Part shown: positions 44,279-57,978 of the stretch, in pieces | How the letters are laid out: the number at the start of each line of letters is the position of its first letter | How positions within the stretch are numbered: the stretch's first letter is position 1 | Assembly: GCA_951406725.2 (NCBI GenBank) | Contig: OX597830.1 | Span: 75,764,001 to 75,828,000 of the forward strand | Origin: Octopus vulgaris | Lineage: Eukaryota | Direction: 5' to 3' | DNA: 64,000 bases | Made by a program: the position numbers and the translations under genes | The notes under the pieces: generated by a model | Told to the model about the DNA's origin: nothing | Seen by the model: the letters and a program-made list of their open reading frames with translations, nothing else | Databases searched by the model: none

Positions 44279-44553
44279 TGGAGGCGGCAATGGCCCTGTG
44301 GTTAGGGCAGCGGTTTCGAGGTCATAGGATCGCGGTTTCGAGTATGAGTGTTTACTGAGTGAAAACCATTAAAGCTCCACGGGGCTCCGGGTGTTTTACT
44401 GTTTCTGTTGTACCTGTATTTCAACGGGCCAGCCTTGTCAGCAACATGTCTGTAGAGCACTCAGTCACACACACGTTAATTTCACGAGCAGGCAGTTCCG
44501 TTGATTGGATCAACTGGAACCTTTGTCATCTTAACCGATGGAGTGCCGTAGTG
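44279..44553 (+). mobile_element. SINE family C, internally deleted
   Basis: Head as at 34071 but a different 3' part. Confidence 0.8.
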
Positions 44554-44576
44554 ACCTATATATATATATGTATGTA

Positions 44577-44645
<69 letters not shown>

Positions 44646-44650
<5 letters not shown>

Positions 44651-46247
44651 CGATCTGGGCTGTATCAGTGATGTCAACCCCCAACACACTATATCGGACA
44701 TAACGTTTAGTGCCCCTGATGTCTTAGCGGCGATAAATGAAATAAAACACAATTCAGCAGTAGGCCCCGATAGGTTCCCTGCTTGTGTCCTGAAGGTGTG
44801 TCGACACCAACTTGCATCTCCCCTTGCTAATCTGTGGAGAAACTCACTGGATGCTGGCTATATTCCAAAAAACCTTCTGTCCCAGTCTGTTGTCCCAGTT
44901 TTCAAAAAGGGAAACAAGTCCCTTGCAGTGAACTACCGTCCGATCTCATTCACCTCTCATATCATCAAGGTATTTGAGAGGGTGGTGAGATCTCGAATAA
45001 CCCAATTTCTGGAAAGCAACAGACGGCTGATCTCTAACCAACATGGGTTCCGTAATGGAAGGGACTGTCTAACGCAGCTCCTGCATCACTTTGAGGACAT
45101 TTTGAGAGCTTTGGGAGAGGGCTCCAACACCGATGTCATCTACCTTGATTTCAGTAAGGCCTTCGACAGGGTCGATCACAAGATCCTATTGAAAAAACTA
45201 TACAACATTGGTGTCTCTGGAAAGTTACTGAAATGGATCAAGTGTTTCCTGACAGACAGATCTCAACATGTTGTAGTTGAAGGGGTAAAATCAAGCCCAG
45301 CCAAAGTCAGTAGTGGCGTTCCGCAAGGCACTGTGCTGGGCCCACTTCTTTTCATCATCTACATTAATGACATCAATGACATCATCAAGCACAGCAACAT
45401 AAAAATCTTTGCAGATGATTCCAAGCTACAGAAGGTCATAAATGAGGCGAGTGACCGGACATGCCTTCAGTCAGATCTACTGGCTGTTATCCAATGGGCA
45501 GAAAAAAACAATATGCTGCTGAACGAGGATAAATTTGAGTTAATCCACTTTGGAAAAGAGGATGCCCTGAAACTCCCATACTCCCTTCCTTCAGGTGAAA
45601 CTCTCGCGGCGTCCAACAACATCAGAGACTTGGGAGTAATTGTGGACAACAACATAAGCTGGGCCACTCATATAAACACCAAAGTTGACATGGCACGCAG
45701 AATGTGTTCCTGGATTCTCAGAACTTTCCAGTCGAGAGATATCCACACCATTATCCTTTTCTTCTCCACTTTTGCCCGACCCCACCTTGAATACTGTTGT
45801 CCACTGTGGTCTCCCCACACAATACAAAGTATCATAAAAGTTGAAGCACCTCAAAGGGCAATCACAAGAAAGATAGATGGCATGACAGGCCTCGACTATT
45901 GGGGTCGACTAGAAAAGCTAAAACTTTATTCTCTCCAACGTCGTCGTGAGCGCTACATCATCTGCATGATGTGGAAAATATTCCATCAGCATTGCCCAAA
46001 TGATGTTGGCATCACCTTTAAGGTACATCCAAGGCTTGGGCCCCGTGCCATCCGCCCAAAACAAAAATCGCACTCTCATCTCATAACAACAATACGGCAC
46101 AATTATTTCACCTCAATTGGCCCCGCTCTCTTTAATATTACACCAAAACACATTAAAACAGAAACTGACCCTATAGGGTTCAAGAAGTCTTTGGACAGAT
46201 TCCTTCAAGAAATCCCGGATAAACTACACCAGGATATGTCTCTGTAA
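44646..46247 (+). CDS. Reverse transcriptase region of a CR1-type LINE ORF2 (no endonuclease)
   Basis: GPD, NYRPIS, QHGFR, YLDFSKAFDRVDH, SGVPQGTVLGPLLF, FADD, RDLGV, RPHLEYC, LYSLQRRRER; a 1-nt shift near the end restores TPGYVSVNNNSLLEW to a stop at 46291. Confidence 0.92.
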
Positions 46248-46379
46248 ACAATAACTCTCTACTTGAGTGGGCCATAGTGCCCAAATTCTGACTTGAAAGA
46301 CTTCACCAGGTGGTGCTATTAAGTTAGACATGGCCTGGGCCAATAATGGCCGAAACCTATCAAAGTATCAAAGTATCAA

Positions 46380-46381
<2 letters not shown>
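44648..46381 (+). mobile_element. 5'-truncated CR1-type LINE inserted in (TA)n
   Basis: Open RT ORF, short 3' UTR, tandem (TATCAAAG)3 tail, TA repeats on both sides. Confidence 0.9.
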
Positions 46382-46409
<28 letters not shown>

Positions 46410-46413
<4 letters not shown>

Positions 46414-46590
46414 AATTTTCCTTGTGTCGTATGTCTTGTACCCTGTTTTATCGTTGTTTAAAAAAATGTCCTTTTCCACGGTTCTGTTTTTTATGTTTTC
46501 GTTTCTCATTGTGTTCGACGTTTTTATTGGTGTCCTGTACCTATATATGCATGTATATATACATATAGATGTAGGTACGTACATATATGT
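46410..46590 (+). repeat. Dispersed repeat shared with 54130-54322 (-)
   Basis: ttttcgtttctcattgtgttc...gtcctgtacc...agatgtaggta occurs at both loci. Confidence 0.8.
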
Positions 46591-46624
46591 ATGTATATAT
46601 GCATATGTTTTATTTATTATTTTG

Positions 46625-46680
<56 letters not shown>

Positions 46681-46901
46681 GCATATCTATGGGAGATTAC
46701 TCTTTTTACTCTTTTACTCTTTTACTTGTTTCAGTCATTTGAGTGCGACCATGCTGGAGCACCGCCTTTAGTCGAGCAAATTGACTCCAGGACTATTTTA
46801 TAACTCATATAATAGCGCTTGCATCTAATCTAGTAGATTTGCCAGTTCTGAGTGCCTAATTTCTTCTAATATATAATACCTGTACATCACCTTATATCTA
46901 T

Positions 46902-46968
<67 letters not shown>

Positions 46969-46983
46969 CATACATACATGCAT

Positions 46984-47028
<45 letters not shown>

Positions 47029-47289
47029 GAGAGATACATAGGTTGATTGATTGATTGATTGATTGATTGACTGATTTATTGTTAGATATTTACGTAGGTA
47101 GGGAATGGTGTAGAAGATTCACAGCAGAAAAACGGGCATACACATACACACTAGCATATATACAGAAATATAGACATATAGACGTATGTATGATTGTGTG
47201 AATGTATCTATTTATGTATAGACTAATATCAGTGTATACAGACATATATATATACATACATACATACATACAATAAACAATGTATATAT

Positions 47290-47580
47290 ACTGAATATTT
47301 TACAGTTGAATCTAAAAAAAGAGTGCTATATATAGAAATGTAAAATTGTCACTGAACATAACAATACAAGTGATACGAAAATTAAACTATAGAACATCAG
47401 AGTCAAAATAACAGATTTGCATTTATGAAAATGAATTTTCCACTGAAATAACACAATGATTTCAAATATTTTTTCAGGATATTGAAATTTTGGGTTCAAG
47501 ATAATCGTCAGAAGTTCTTAAGCACCCATTAAAACACTTGTACTCTTTATACTTTATTTCATCTCTCATCATACAATATA
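47290..47580 (-). repeat. Right arm of the ~290-bp inverted repeat
   Basis: See 41245-41540. Confidence 0.9.
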
Positions 47581-47921
47581 TATACATACATATATACATA
47601 CGCACAGGCATATATATACATACATATACGAGCATATTTATAAATATAAAAAGACACACAGTTATATATATATATACATATATACATACATATATATGTG
47701 TAGTCATAATGTTCAATATAATTAATACATATATGTGGATGTGCATATGTGAGTCGATATACCCTATGTATGTATATGTGCATTTAAGTATATACCCGTG
47801 TATTTAGATATGAATATGTATGTGTGTGTATGCATGTATGTATGTATTCTATAAAGTAATATTATTACCATGAATCTATGAAATATTGATTTTCTTAATA
47901 CCACTCTAGACTCGAACACAG

Positions 47922-47958
<37 letters not shown>

Positions 47959-48499
47959 CTTCTTTATATCATATCTCAAAGACCAAACGAGGACATTATA
48001 TACATAAAATCATATTATATACTTATATACATACATACATACGTATATACGTAAGCATGTACATACATATGTAGATCGTGACCGTCAAATCATACTTTGA
48101 AGGCAAGGGGTTTACAATCCAAGATCTATATATTACAGCACATTCCTAAAAATCAAACAAAATTACAAAGTGAAAACATGGAGCCCCAGGATGCAAATAA
48201 AAATGTTTATTATGCTACAACTCCTTGGAAGACGATACATGTGATAGGCAGCTACCCAAGTATTCTGTCAAAGTATTACCTGTAAATGTGTCAAGACGTT
48301 GTCGCTAAAACAATATACAATTTCATCCGAAAAGGAGACTACCTTAGGATAAATATAGAAAATCTTCCTGTTATCGATTATATACATAAACATCAATACA
48401 AGAACTACTGGTAGTATATTCCCATTAATACGCCTAGTAAGTGCAAATATAACATCTTCAAAACAGTAGTTTGTGATAGACAAGAAAAATTATGTACTG

Positions 48500-48942
48500 T
48501 CAAGGAGGACAACTACCTTTCAGATATAAAGCGACAGGATTTCTGGAGCCCGAAGAACTGGATTCTTCACGACGACAATACACCATCACTGAGATCTCAC
48601 TCCTCATTTTCTCGCCAAAAGCAACATGGCATCGATTTCGCACCCGCCCTATTCGCAAGAATTAGCTCTTGCGGACTTCCATCTCTTCTCCAAGATGAGA
48701 ATGCAGGCTCAAAGGTCACCATTTTAACACCGTTGCCGAGATCCAAAGCGAATAGGAGAAATTCCACGACTCGCCTATACAGAAAACAACTTCCAGGTCA
48801 GATTCCCAAAGTAGCAGGAACGCTGGGACCGGTGCATTGCTGCGCAAGGTAACTATTTCAGGAGATGAGTTAAACAGATAAAAAAGGTATTTATTTTTTA
48901 TTAAACATAACTTGTCCGGGAATCTTTTGATGCCACATCGTA
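48500..48942 (+). mobile_element. Mariner 3' remnant
   Basis: WILHDDNTP, HPPYSQELALADFHLFSKM, RWDRCIAAQGNYF; terminal gtccgggaatcttttgatgccacatcg|TA. Confidence 0.85.
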
Positions 48943-49390
48943 CAATTGGTAATAATCAAATCCTTTTAAATTGCATCAACATAAGGCACTGAAGATCCCA
49001 ATTTTCAGCACCGAATGACATGTATTCACAACATAATGTGTTTCTTTTTTAGCATTCACTTTTAGATATATAAAAGCCTTCACTCGTAATAGACTCTATA
49101 ATTTTATATAATACTAGCGCATAGCCCGTGCGGATGAGGTTAAAACAGATAAAAAAGCTCTTTATTTTTTATTAAACATAACTTGTCCGGGAATTCTTTT
49201 GATGCCACATCGTACAATTGGTAATAATCAAATCCTTTTAAATTGCATCAACATAAGGCACTGAAGATCCCCAATTTTCAGCACCGAATGACATGTATTC
49301 ACAACATAATGTGTTTCTTTTTTTAGCATTCACTTTTAGATATATAAAACGCCTTCACTCGTAATAGACTCTATAATTTTATATAATATA
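48865..49390. repeat. ~250-bp direct tandem duplication with a 20-bp spacer
   Basis: 48865-49111 is repeated at ~49133-49390; differences are mostly 1-bp indels. Confidence 0.9.
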
Positions 49391-49479
49391 CATGATTATC
49401 CACACTTGCCAACAAATTCAGTTCTACAGCAAATACTTGCAGTTTGTAGAAAATATTTTCGTATACTTCACACCTCATA

Positions 49480-49788
49480 TACTCTTTTACTCTTTTACTT
49501 GTTTCAGTCATTTGACTGCGGCCATGCTGGAGCACCACCTTTTAGTACTTATTCTATCGGTCTCTTTTTGCCGAACCGCTAAGTGACGGGGACATAAACA
49601 CACCAGCATCGGTTGTCAAGCAATGCTAGGGGGACAAACACAGACACACAAACACACACATACATATATATACATATATACGACAGGCTTCTTTCAGTTT
49701 CCGTCTACCAAATCCACTCACAAGGCATTGGTCGGCCCGGGGCTATAGCAGAAGACACTTGCCCAAGATGCCACGCAGTGGGACTGAA
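49480..49788 (-). mobile_element. SINE family A (other fragments at 43900-44010, 46698-46795, 50578-50785)
   Basis: Reverse complement of the family consensus. Confidence 0.88.
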
Positions 49789-49805
49789 TATATATATATA
49801 TATAT

Positions 49806-49865
<60 letters not shown>

Positions 49866-49869
49866 TTTT

Positions 49870-50253
49870 CGAGATCAGCGACAGTTTGTCGCTGGAAAAA
49901 GCAAACAGAATTTTGCAAGTGGAATGAGTTTTCACCACTAGCTGGTGATTATCACACACTGCAGACGGGTAGCTACCCAGCAGCAACCCGGGTTAGTGTG
50001 TATCACATAAGGCTAGAGATGAGAGCGATTACTTCCCATCGCAAATACTAATCGGACACAGAGAGTGTGTCGTTAACCAGTTGGAAATGTCTTCTTGGGG
50101 TTAAAAACAACAGTAACATCGTCCTCTATTGGACTGCTACATTTAGTTGGCAAATATATTTTACGATATACATATACTGAGCGTTATACTAATACATCTG
50201 TTTGTTTTGTACACCACCTGTCTTCGTTTTTTGTTTTTCCAATGAACTCTCCC

Positions 50254-50284
<31 letters not shown>

Positions 50285-50560
50285 TTATCGCCAAGCTAAT
50301 ATGGCAGTCCAGAAATATAGGACGAATGCTGCCGTTGATTAGCTCCAAGAAGCCATCGCCATCGCCTCTAGCTACGTATGTGACACTCGAACCTGTGTCC
50401 ATTATAACCTTCGAACAGGGGAGGTCAGCCGCTTTCCCTTGCTGGTCAGGCATCTGCAGACTAGATTCAGGATATTTGCCTCTCATCGATGCAGAGCAGC
50501 CGAACCCAGCTGTTTCTTTATTAAGATAAAATTTATCATACATAGAGGGGACGGCATTGA
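49870..50560. mobile_element. Two diverged members of one unclassified repeat family, head to head (49870-50158 -, 50282-50560 +)
   Basis: Both begin (a)gttatcgccaa.ctaa.at.gcagtcc and share gcc/actgttg, ccaagaag and ctgtgtcc blocks. Confidence 0.6.
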
Positions 50561-50848
50561 ACATTGTTTGTAATGTCCTTGTACTTATTCTATCGGTTTC
50601 AAGGGCGTAAACACAGCAACGTCAGGCTTCTTTCAAACTCCGTCTGCGAAATCCACTCACAAGAATTTGGTCAGTCCGATGCTACAGTAGAAAACACTTT
50701 CCCAACGCTCCATGCAGTGGGATTGAACCTGGAACTACGTGGTTGGGAAAGAAGCTTCTTAGCAGACAACCAAGCCTGCACCTATATCTATATTTTCATT
50801 CGTACACTATGTGTGCGTACATGTGTGTGTATTTCTTTCTATCTATCC

Positions 50849-50970
<122 letters not shown>

Positions 50971-51548
50971 AAACACAAACGTGTTGCGAGTAATAAGGAA
51001 GGGTCTTCCTTGTCATGCTGCTGTTGAGGTATCACATACTTATGTACGTTCATCAGAATTTACAAATACACATATAATCGAGCACTCCACGTTATTTGAA
51101 ATTTATGTCAATTTACTACAATTTTGGTTATATATTAATGTCAAAAATAGAAACCATGTGATATTAGACATAAAAACACTTACACATCCAAGCATAAAAC
51201 ACATCAGCGAAACATGAATGGATGAAGAGAAGCATTGCATTATGTAATTACCAAAATATTAAACCATAAACGTAAGGTTTTTGAGGTTGGTATGCGATCG
51301 TAGAGGCACATTTATGCTGAATCCGTGCATGTAAATACGTACACACATGAACCACACTCGCACACACATATCCACACACACACCTATATGTATTTATACA
51401 GTTATGTGTGTGTGTATGTGTATGTGTGTAAATATATATATATACACACACACACATATATATATATGTACATATATATATATATATAGTTTGAAAAAAT
51501 GCCAAACATACGGAGCTAGATAAAGATGTGTGTGTATATGTATGTATG

Positions 51549-51611
<63 letters not shown>

Positions 51612-51632
51612 GCATACATGCATATATGTATA

Positions 51633-51666
<34 letters not shown>

Positions 51667-52224
51667 TATATATATATATATACATGTATATTTATGTATA
51701 TATATGTATATATATATGTGTGGGTGTGTGTGTGTGTGCTTATGTGGATTAATAAAAAACAGGAGAAAGATGGCGGGAGATGAAATAGATAAAGTGATTA
51801 TATTTTTGTATATCAGTACATATACGTGCGCGTGTGTCTATCCATTTTGAGTTTTTCAGTGAATGTGTGCGAGAGAGAGGTGAGAGAGGTGAGAGGAACA
51901 ATGAAATAAAATGAGGGACTACGTGTAGTTAATATGTGTGAAGTAACAGTGCTTATTAACAAAAATAATAGGGGTGAAATATACATAATGTGACATCACA
52001 AATATTTACTATGAGCAATATAAAACTTAATGGCTGTTTCATTCGCATAATAACTCTGCGGAGGTAAACATTCACAGAAATATATTGATATATAAGGGTG
52101 TGTATAGTGAGCGTGTGTACGTGCGTCTGGGAATGTGAGCATGTGTTGAGTGTTTGAGTCTGCATCTGTATGAGTCGTTATATGACTCTGAATTTGTGTA
52201 TGTGTGCTTGTGTGTGTGTGTGTA

Positions 52225-52273
<49 letters not shown>

Positions 52274-53070
52274 ATTTGTGTGTGTGTGTATTTGTGTGTG
52301 TGTGTGCATTTGTGTGTGTGTATTTGTGTGTGTGTGTGTATGTGTGTGTGTGTGTATTTGTGTGTGTGTTTGTGTGTGTATGTGTGTGTGTGTGTGTGTG
52401 TGTGTATTAGTTAAGTCAGTCCGAAAGGGAGCCACCGAGGGAGTCTAAAAGTGGTCACTGCACTGCAAGAAATAGCAGCTAATCTCTCTAAACTCACATT
52501 CCATCGTCTTAATCGTGGGGAGGAGATAGCTGATGATCTAGCGTTAGATAAAGATAAAAAATATGCGAGAGTCGCATCTGGAACGCCTTTGATCATAAAT
52601 ATGCTCTTTGAGGCTTGCAATGACTTAAAGTACCATTAACAACAACATAAACGAAAAGTAAACAAGTGTATAAATATATTGTGTAGATATATATATATAC
52701 GCGCGCGCATATATGTATATATTGTATATGTATGTGTAACTTATGTTTATGAGGTTTTATATGCGTATCTATGTATATATGTGTGTATCTGCGTTATTTT
52801 TATATCCGTCAGTATTCACGAGTAAACAACGTAGATCGAAAGTAAATAAATGTATACATTACTGCGATGCGTATGTGTGTGTAAAAGTAATTGTGTATGT
52901 GTGTGTACATGTGTGTGTGTGTGTGTGCGATTGTCTTCGTGGATGAATGTATGCATGTGTATGTGTGTGTATGCATATACGTGTTTGTGTGAGTAGGCGT
53001 AAAAATATGTGCGTGTGTGAGAGTGTGTTTATGTACATATACGCATGTATGTGTGTTAGTGTCTGTGTGT

Positions 53071-53116
<46 letters not shown>

Positions 53117-53697
53117 CTTTATGTGTGTGATCTACATAGATTACATATGTAAACAATATTCCTCGAAAGTAAACAGATGTGATACGTGATCGGGAGAGTG
53201 TGTATGTATAAATAAGGTATTATGCGTACATGAGTGTGTTAGTGTCTATGCATACGTACAAACGTGTATCGATATCTCCATATGGATGTCTTTTATGGCT
53301 TTGCATTTCATCATTTACTTAGTGTGTATTTCTACGCATCACAATTCAATAAGATACAACAATTCAGAATTTCCAAAGAATTGCTCAATGAGATGGTAAA
53401 GAAGGGATTACTATGTTGGAAATGATGGATAATAAGATGTAAAAAGTACTGTACAGATGCTGCTACATTTCTAGTCATATTAGAGCATATAGTACGCACA
53501 TTCTAACATAAAAGCCTATATATACATATATACATGTATATATATTGGAAGGTTTGGAGGTGATGTACAGGTATTTTATATTAGAAAAAATGAGGTACTC
53601 AGAAAATCGGATAGTTTTATACTTACAGATATCTGTAAATATAGAACCATCCGATTTTCTTAGTACCTCATTTCTTCTAATACAAATATATATAATA

Positions 53698-54107
53698 CTA
53701 GCGGCTAAGCACTGTTTCACCCAGTCTGTTTGGATGATGTGGCCATGATCGTTTTCGGTTAGGCATAATCTATAACAGCATTTCTCAATCTTATCATTTC
53801 GGGTCCCCTGTTTCGATTGGAGCCTCCAGCTATATAAAAATTTCCTGACCCCACTCCGTCAGAAATCAGCTTCTAAACAACTGGTTGTTTTAATGGCGGA
53901 AGAAAGAGGGAAATTCCATTAGAAAATGTTTTAATCGATTTTCTCGGTAACTTTGGGGGCTATGAAAAAGCTACAAATTGCATTACAATCTATGCACCCG
54001 TCTCCAGATGTGTGCAATTTTTCATGCGAATCCACCCAGCCGTTTGGCTGTGAACCTCGAGACAAGAAAGGATACAATGATTGCCCATGTAAAATCTATA
54101 TTATAGA
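53698..54107 (-). mobile_element. Non-autonomous Helitron
   Basis: Minus strand A|TCTATAATATAG start and CTAG|T end with a decayed subterminal hairpin. Confidence 0.7.
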
Positions 54108-54129
54108 TAAATAATATATAAATATATGC

Positions 54130-54700
54130 ATTTATAGATACATATATGTACATACCTACATCTATATGTATATATAAATGCATATGTGGGTACAGGACAT
54201 AAAAAAACAGTTGAACACAATGAGAAACGAAAACATAAAGCCAAAAACATGGAAACGAACTTTTTTTTCAAACTACGAAAAAAAACCGAGGACAAGACAT
54301 ACAACACAAGAAATATTCCCCTTCTTCAGTTGTCCCTGTTTCGTCTACTCCGCGTTCTGAAGGTAAGGACAAGACGCGACTTCGTTGAAACAGTCCTTCC
54401 CGCAAATCAAATTTTTAAAAATTTGGGATTTTTTGCGAAGGGGTAAAAGTGGTAACAAGAACAGGACAGTAAGAACAAAACAAGACAGTAAAAACAATAA
54501 AAGTAAAAAACAATAAAAGACAGAACAAAGAGAATAACACAGTAAAAACAAACGATGAGGGTTGTTAAGTCAAGACGATGGGAAAATTATTCTGAACGCT
54601 TGAGGAGCCAACTTAGAGAAACAGGATAAGTGGTCTTGTCTTGGTGAGGATAGCAGTTGGAAAGATGGCTTCCTTCTGGTCAAGTGTCAGTGACTAGAGA
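54130..54700 (-). mobile_element. Probable Penelope-like 3' terminal remnant
   Basis: QDHLSCFSKLAPQAF resembles the EQ.LI..L..L.P.GLN end of PLE GIY-YIG domains; distal part repeated at 46410. Confidence 0.45.
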
Positions 54701-54772
54701 GTCGAGGAGGAGGAGGAGGAAGAGGAGTAAGAGAGAGGGAACGGTGAAGTGGAGAGGAGAAGAATAAGGAAG

Positions 54773-55310
54773 GGTTCTGAGTTCAAATTCCGCCGAGGTC
54801 AACTTTGCCTTTCATCCTTTCGGAGTCGATTAATAAGTACCAGTTACGCACTGGGGTCGATATAATCGACTTAATCCGTTTGTCTGTCCTTGTTTGTCCT
54901 CTCTGTGTTTAGACCCTTGTGGGTAGTAAAGAAATAGGTATTTCGTCTGCCGTTACGTTCTGAGTTCAAATTCCGTCGAGGTCGACTTTACCTTTCATAC
55001 TTTCGGGGTCGATAAATTGAGTACCAGTTACGGACTGGGGTCGATGTAATCGACTTCATCCGTTTGTTTGTCCTTATTTGTCCCCTCTATGTTTAGCCCC
55101 TTGTGGGCAATAAAGAAATAAGAAACGTTAGCTTAGCGGTATTTCGTCCCTGTTTACTTTCTCAGTTCAAATTCCGCCGAGGTCGACTTTGTATTTCGTT
55201 CTTTCGTGGCTCCATAAATTAAGTACCAGTTGCGTACTGGGGTCTATCCAATCGACTGGCCCCTCCCGCCCCCCCCCAAAAAAAATAATAAAATTCCAGG
55301 CCTTGTGGTT
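54773..55310 (+). mobile_element. Head-to-tail array of three 5'-truncated SINE B units
   Basis: gttcaaattccg(c/t)cgaggtc(a/g)act recurs at ~54781, ~54965 and ~55165. Confidence 0.9.
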
Positions 55311-55450
55311 AGAGTAGAACATATTCTTAGTGCAAATCCTGCGCTCATAATAAGGGTACAAATATAAGAAAATTTCAAATTTCCTTCCCCACGCTGCTGA
55401 TGAACGCTACATATGCGTACAAGAAGCAGAAATTTGTACCTGGGTAATAA

Positions 55451-55485
<35 letters not shown>

Positions 55486-56349
55486 TGATTTCATATATTA
55501 CTTTGCATGATATATTTTTTACCTGTGGATTCGATATAACACGCAAACCTATCGAGTACATTTATAACAACGTACATGTATATATTAATGTGTGTGTGTG
55601 TGTGTATGTGCTTGTGTGTGTGTGTGTATGCACACAAATGTTTGCATGCATTAGTCTTTTGCGATTAAAATACCAATCAAACGGCGCTCTTTTCTCCTGG
55701 TATACCATGAGAAACATTATCTCGTCTCTTTGTTTTACAAATTCGTTTTGGTGTGAACAAGCGTGGCCTAGAACGTAGTTACATGCCCTCCTATGTTTTT
55801 TTTATTTTATTTTTTCCATTATTTTATTTTATTTGTTTCTCATGACCAAACCGCTTTAATTCCGTGCGACAAAACTGTGTAAATGGACCACAATAACAAT
55901 ACAACATCAAAAGCAAAAACAAAAACGTAGCACTTATAACAACAACAGCAACAACGATATGCAATAAGAATGTAACGGGAAGACAAACAACAACAGTAGG
56001 GGCAACAATTATAAATATAAAAAATGTAAAAAAAAAAGAAAGAAACACGGTGCTTAATTAACGATAGAATTGTTCGCTTAGTACGGAAAAAAAATATTTT
56101 CTGTTCCGCAACTCCAGAGAGTTGTGTTGACAAAGAGTAAACGACTCGAGGGTATTCACCTTACACGACCCCTAAACAACGTCATATCACCTGGAGATCA
56201 ACCTCCCCGAAACGTTGGTTTTTGTTTTTCCACTATTTAAAGTGAAAGAAATAAAACAATAACAACAATAGCAGAAGCAACATGAACAACAACAACAACA
56301 ACAATGATAAATGGTACCACTGCTACTACTACTACTACTACTACTAATG

Positions 56350-56418
<69 letters not shown>

Positions 56419-56444
56419 GTAATAATAATAATGATAATAATAAC

Positions 56445-56523
<79 letters not shown>

Positions 56524-57273
56524 GGTCGTAAATGTGCTCGATATATATACATATATAAGTATATATATATACATATATGTACACCCACATATGTATGTGT
56601 ATATGAATTTATGTATGTATATATGTGTGTATATATATATGAATGCATGTAAATTTATATACATATAAGTATATATAACTATCTATATACACACACACAT
56701 ATATATATATGCGTTTGTATGTATATGTATCTACAAACACGTATGCACGTATATGTCTGTGTATATGTGTGTGTTAATATGTATGTATATATGCATATAT
56801 TTATACATATATGTATGTATATATGTATGTACGTATGTATGTGAATGTATGTATTGTATGTATGTATGTATGTATGTATGTATGTATGTATGTATGTATG
56901 CATGCATGTATGTATGTATGTATGTATGTATGTATGTATGTATGTATGTATGTATGTATGTATGTATGTACGTATTAATAGTTTTGGGAGCTTGAACTCT
57001 TCAGCACTGGAAACAACAAAAGCCGAAACTCTCCCGACATTCAGCACAATTTTCTTGTTAACATTTTCTGTTGTTTTCATTACATGTTTTACTTTTATTT
57101 TGTGATGTTTGTTTTGTTTTTTTTTACATATTGTTATGCAGTGTTTTGAATTATTTTATATTTGCAGTTTGTCCTTGTATTATTTTTCATTCCTCAAAGC
57201 GCCTGATTGTGAGGTGGTTTTGATCACATGAAAAAGTGAGTAACAAAACATAGGCATTATTATCATTATTATT

Positions 57274-57309
<36 letters not shown>

Positions 57310-57356
57310 GCTGTTGTTGTTATTGTTATTATTATTATTATCATTATCATCATTAC

Positions 57357-57422
<66 letters not shown>

Positions 57423-57437
57423 CATTATCATCATTAC

Positions 57438-57482
<45 letters not shown>

Positions 57483-57551
57483 CATCATTACTATTATTAT
57501 TATTATTATCATCATTACTATTATTATTATTATTATTATCATCATCATTAC

Positions 57552-57614
<63 letters not shown>

Positions 57615-57788
57615 CATCATCATCATTATTATTATTATTATCATTATTATTATTGTTGTTGTTGTTATTGATATTATAATGTCTATTATTAACGCTATTA
57701 TAACTATTATCATTAGTATCATCATTATTATTATTATCATCATTGTTTTTACTGTTGTTATTAATATTATAATGACTATCATTAACGC

Positions 57789-57978
<190 letters not shown>

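Noticed and set aside
52528-52560. CTGATGA followed by a hairpin
   Set aside because: TAAA replaces GAAA, there is no stem I or III, and other copies of the host repeat lack the motif
55640-56260. Unique-looking islands between microsatellites (also 6600-6960, 17420-17760) as exons or enhancers
   Set aside because: No ORF or convincing splice pair; conservation cannot be judged without alignments
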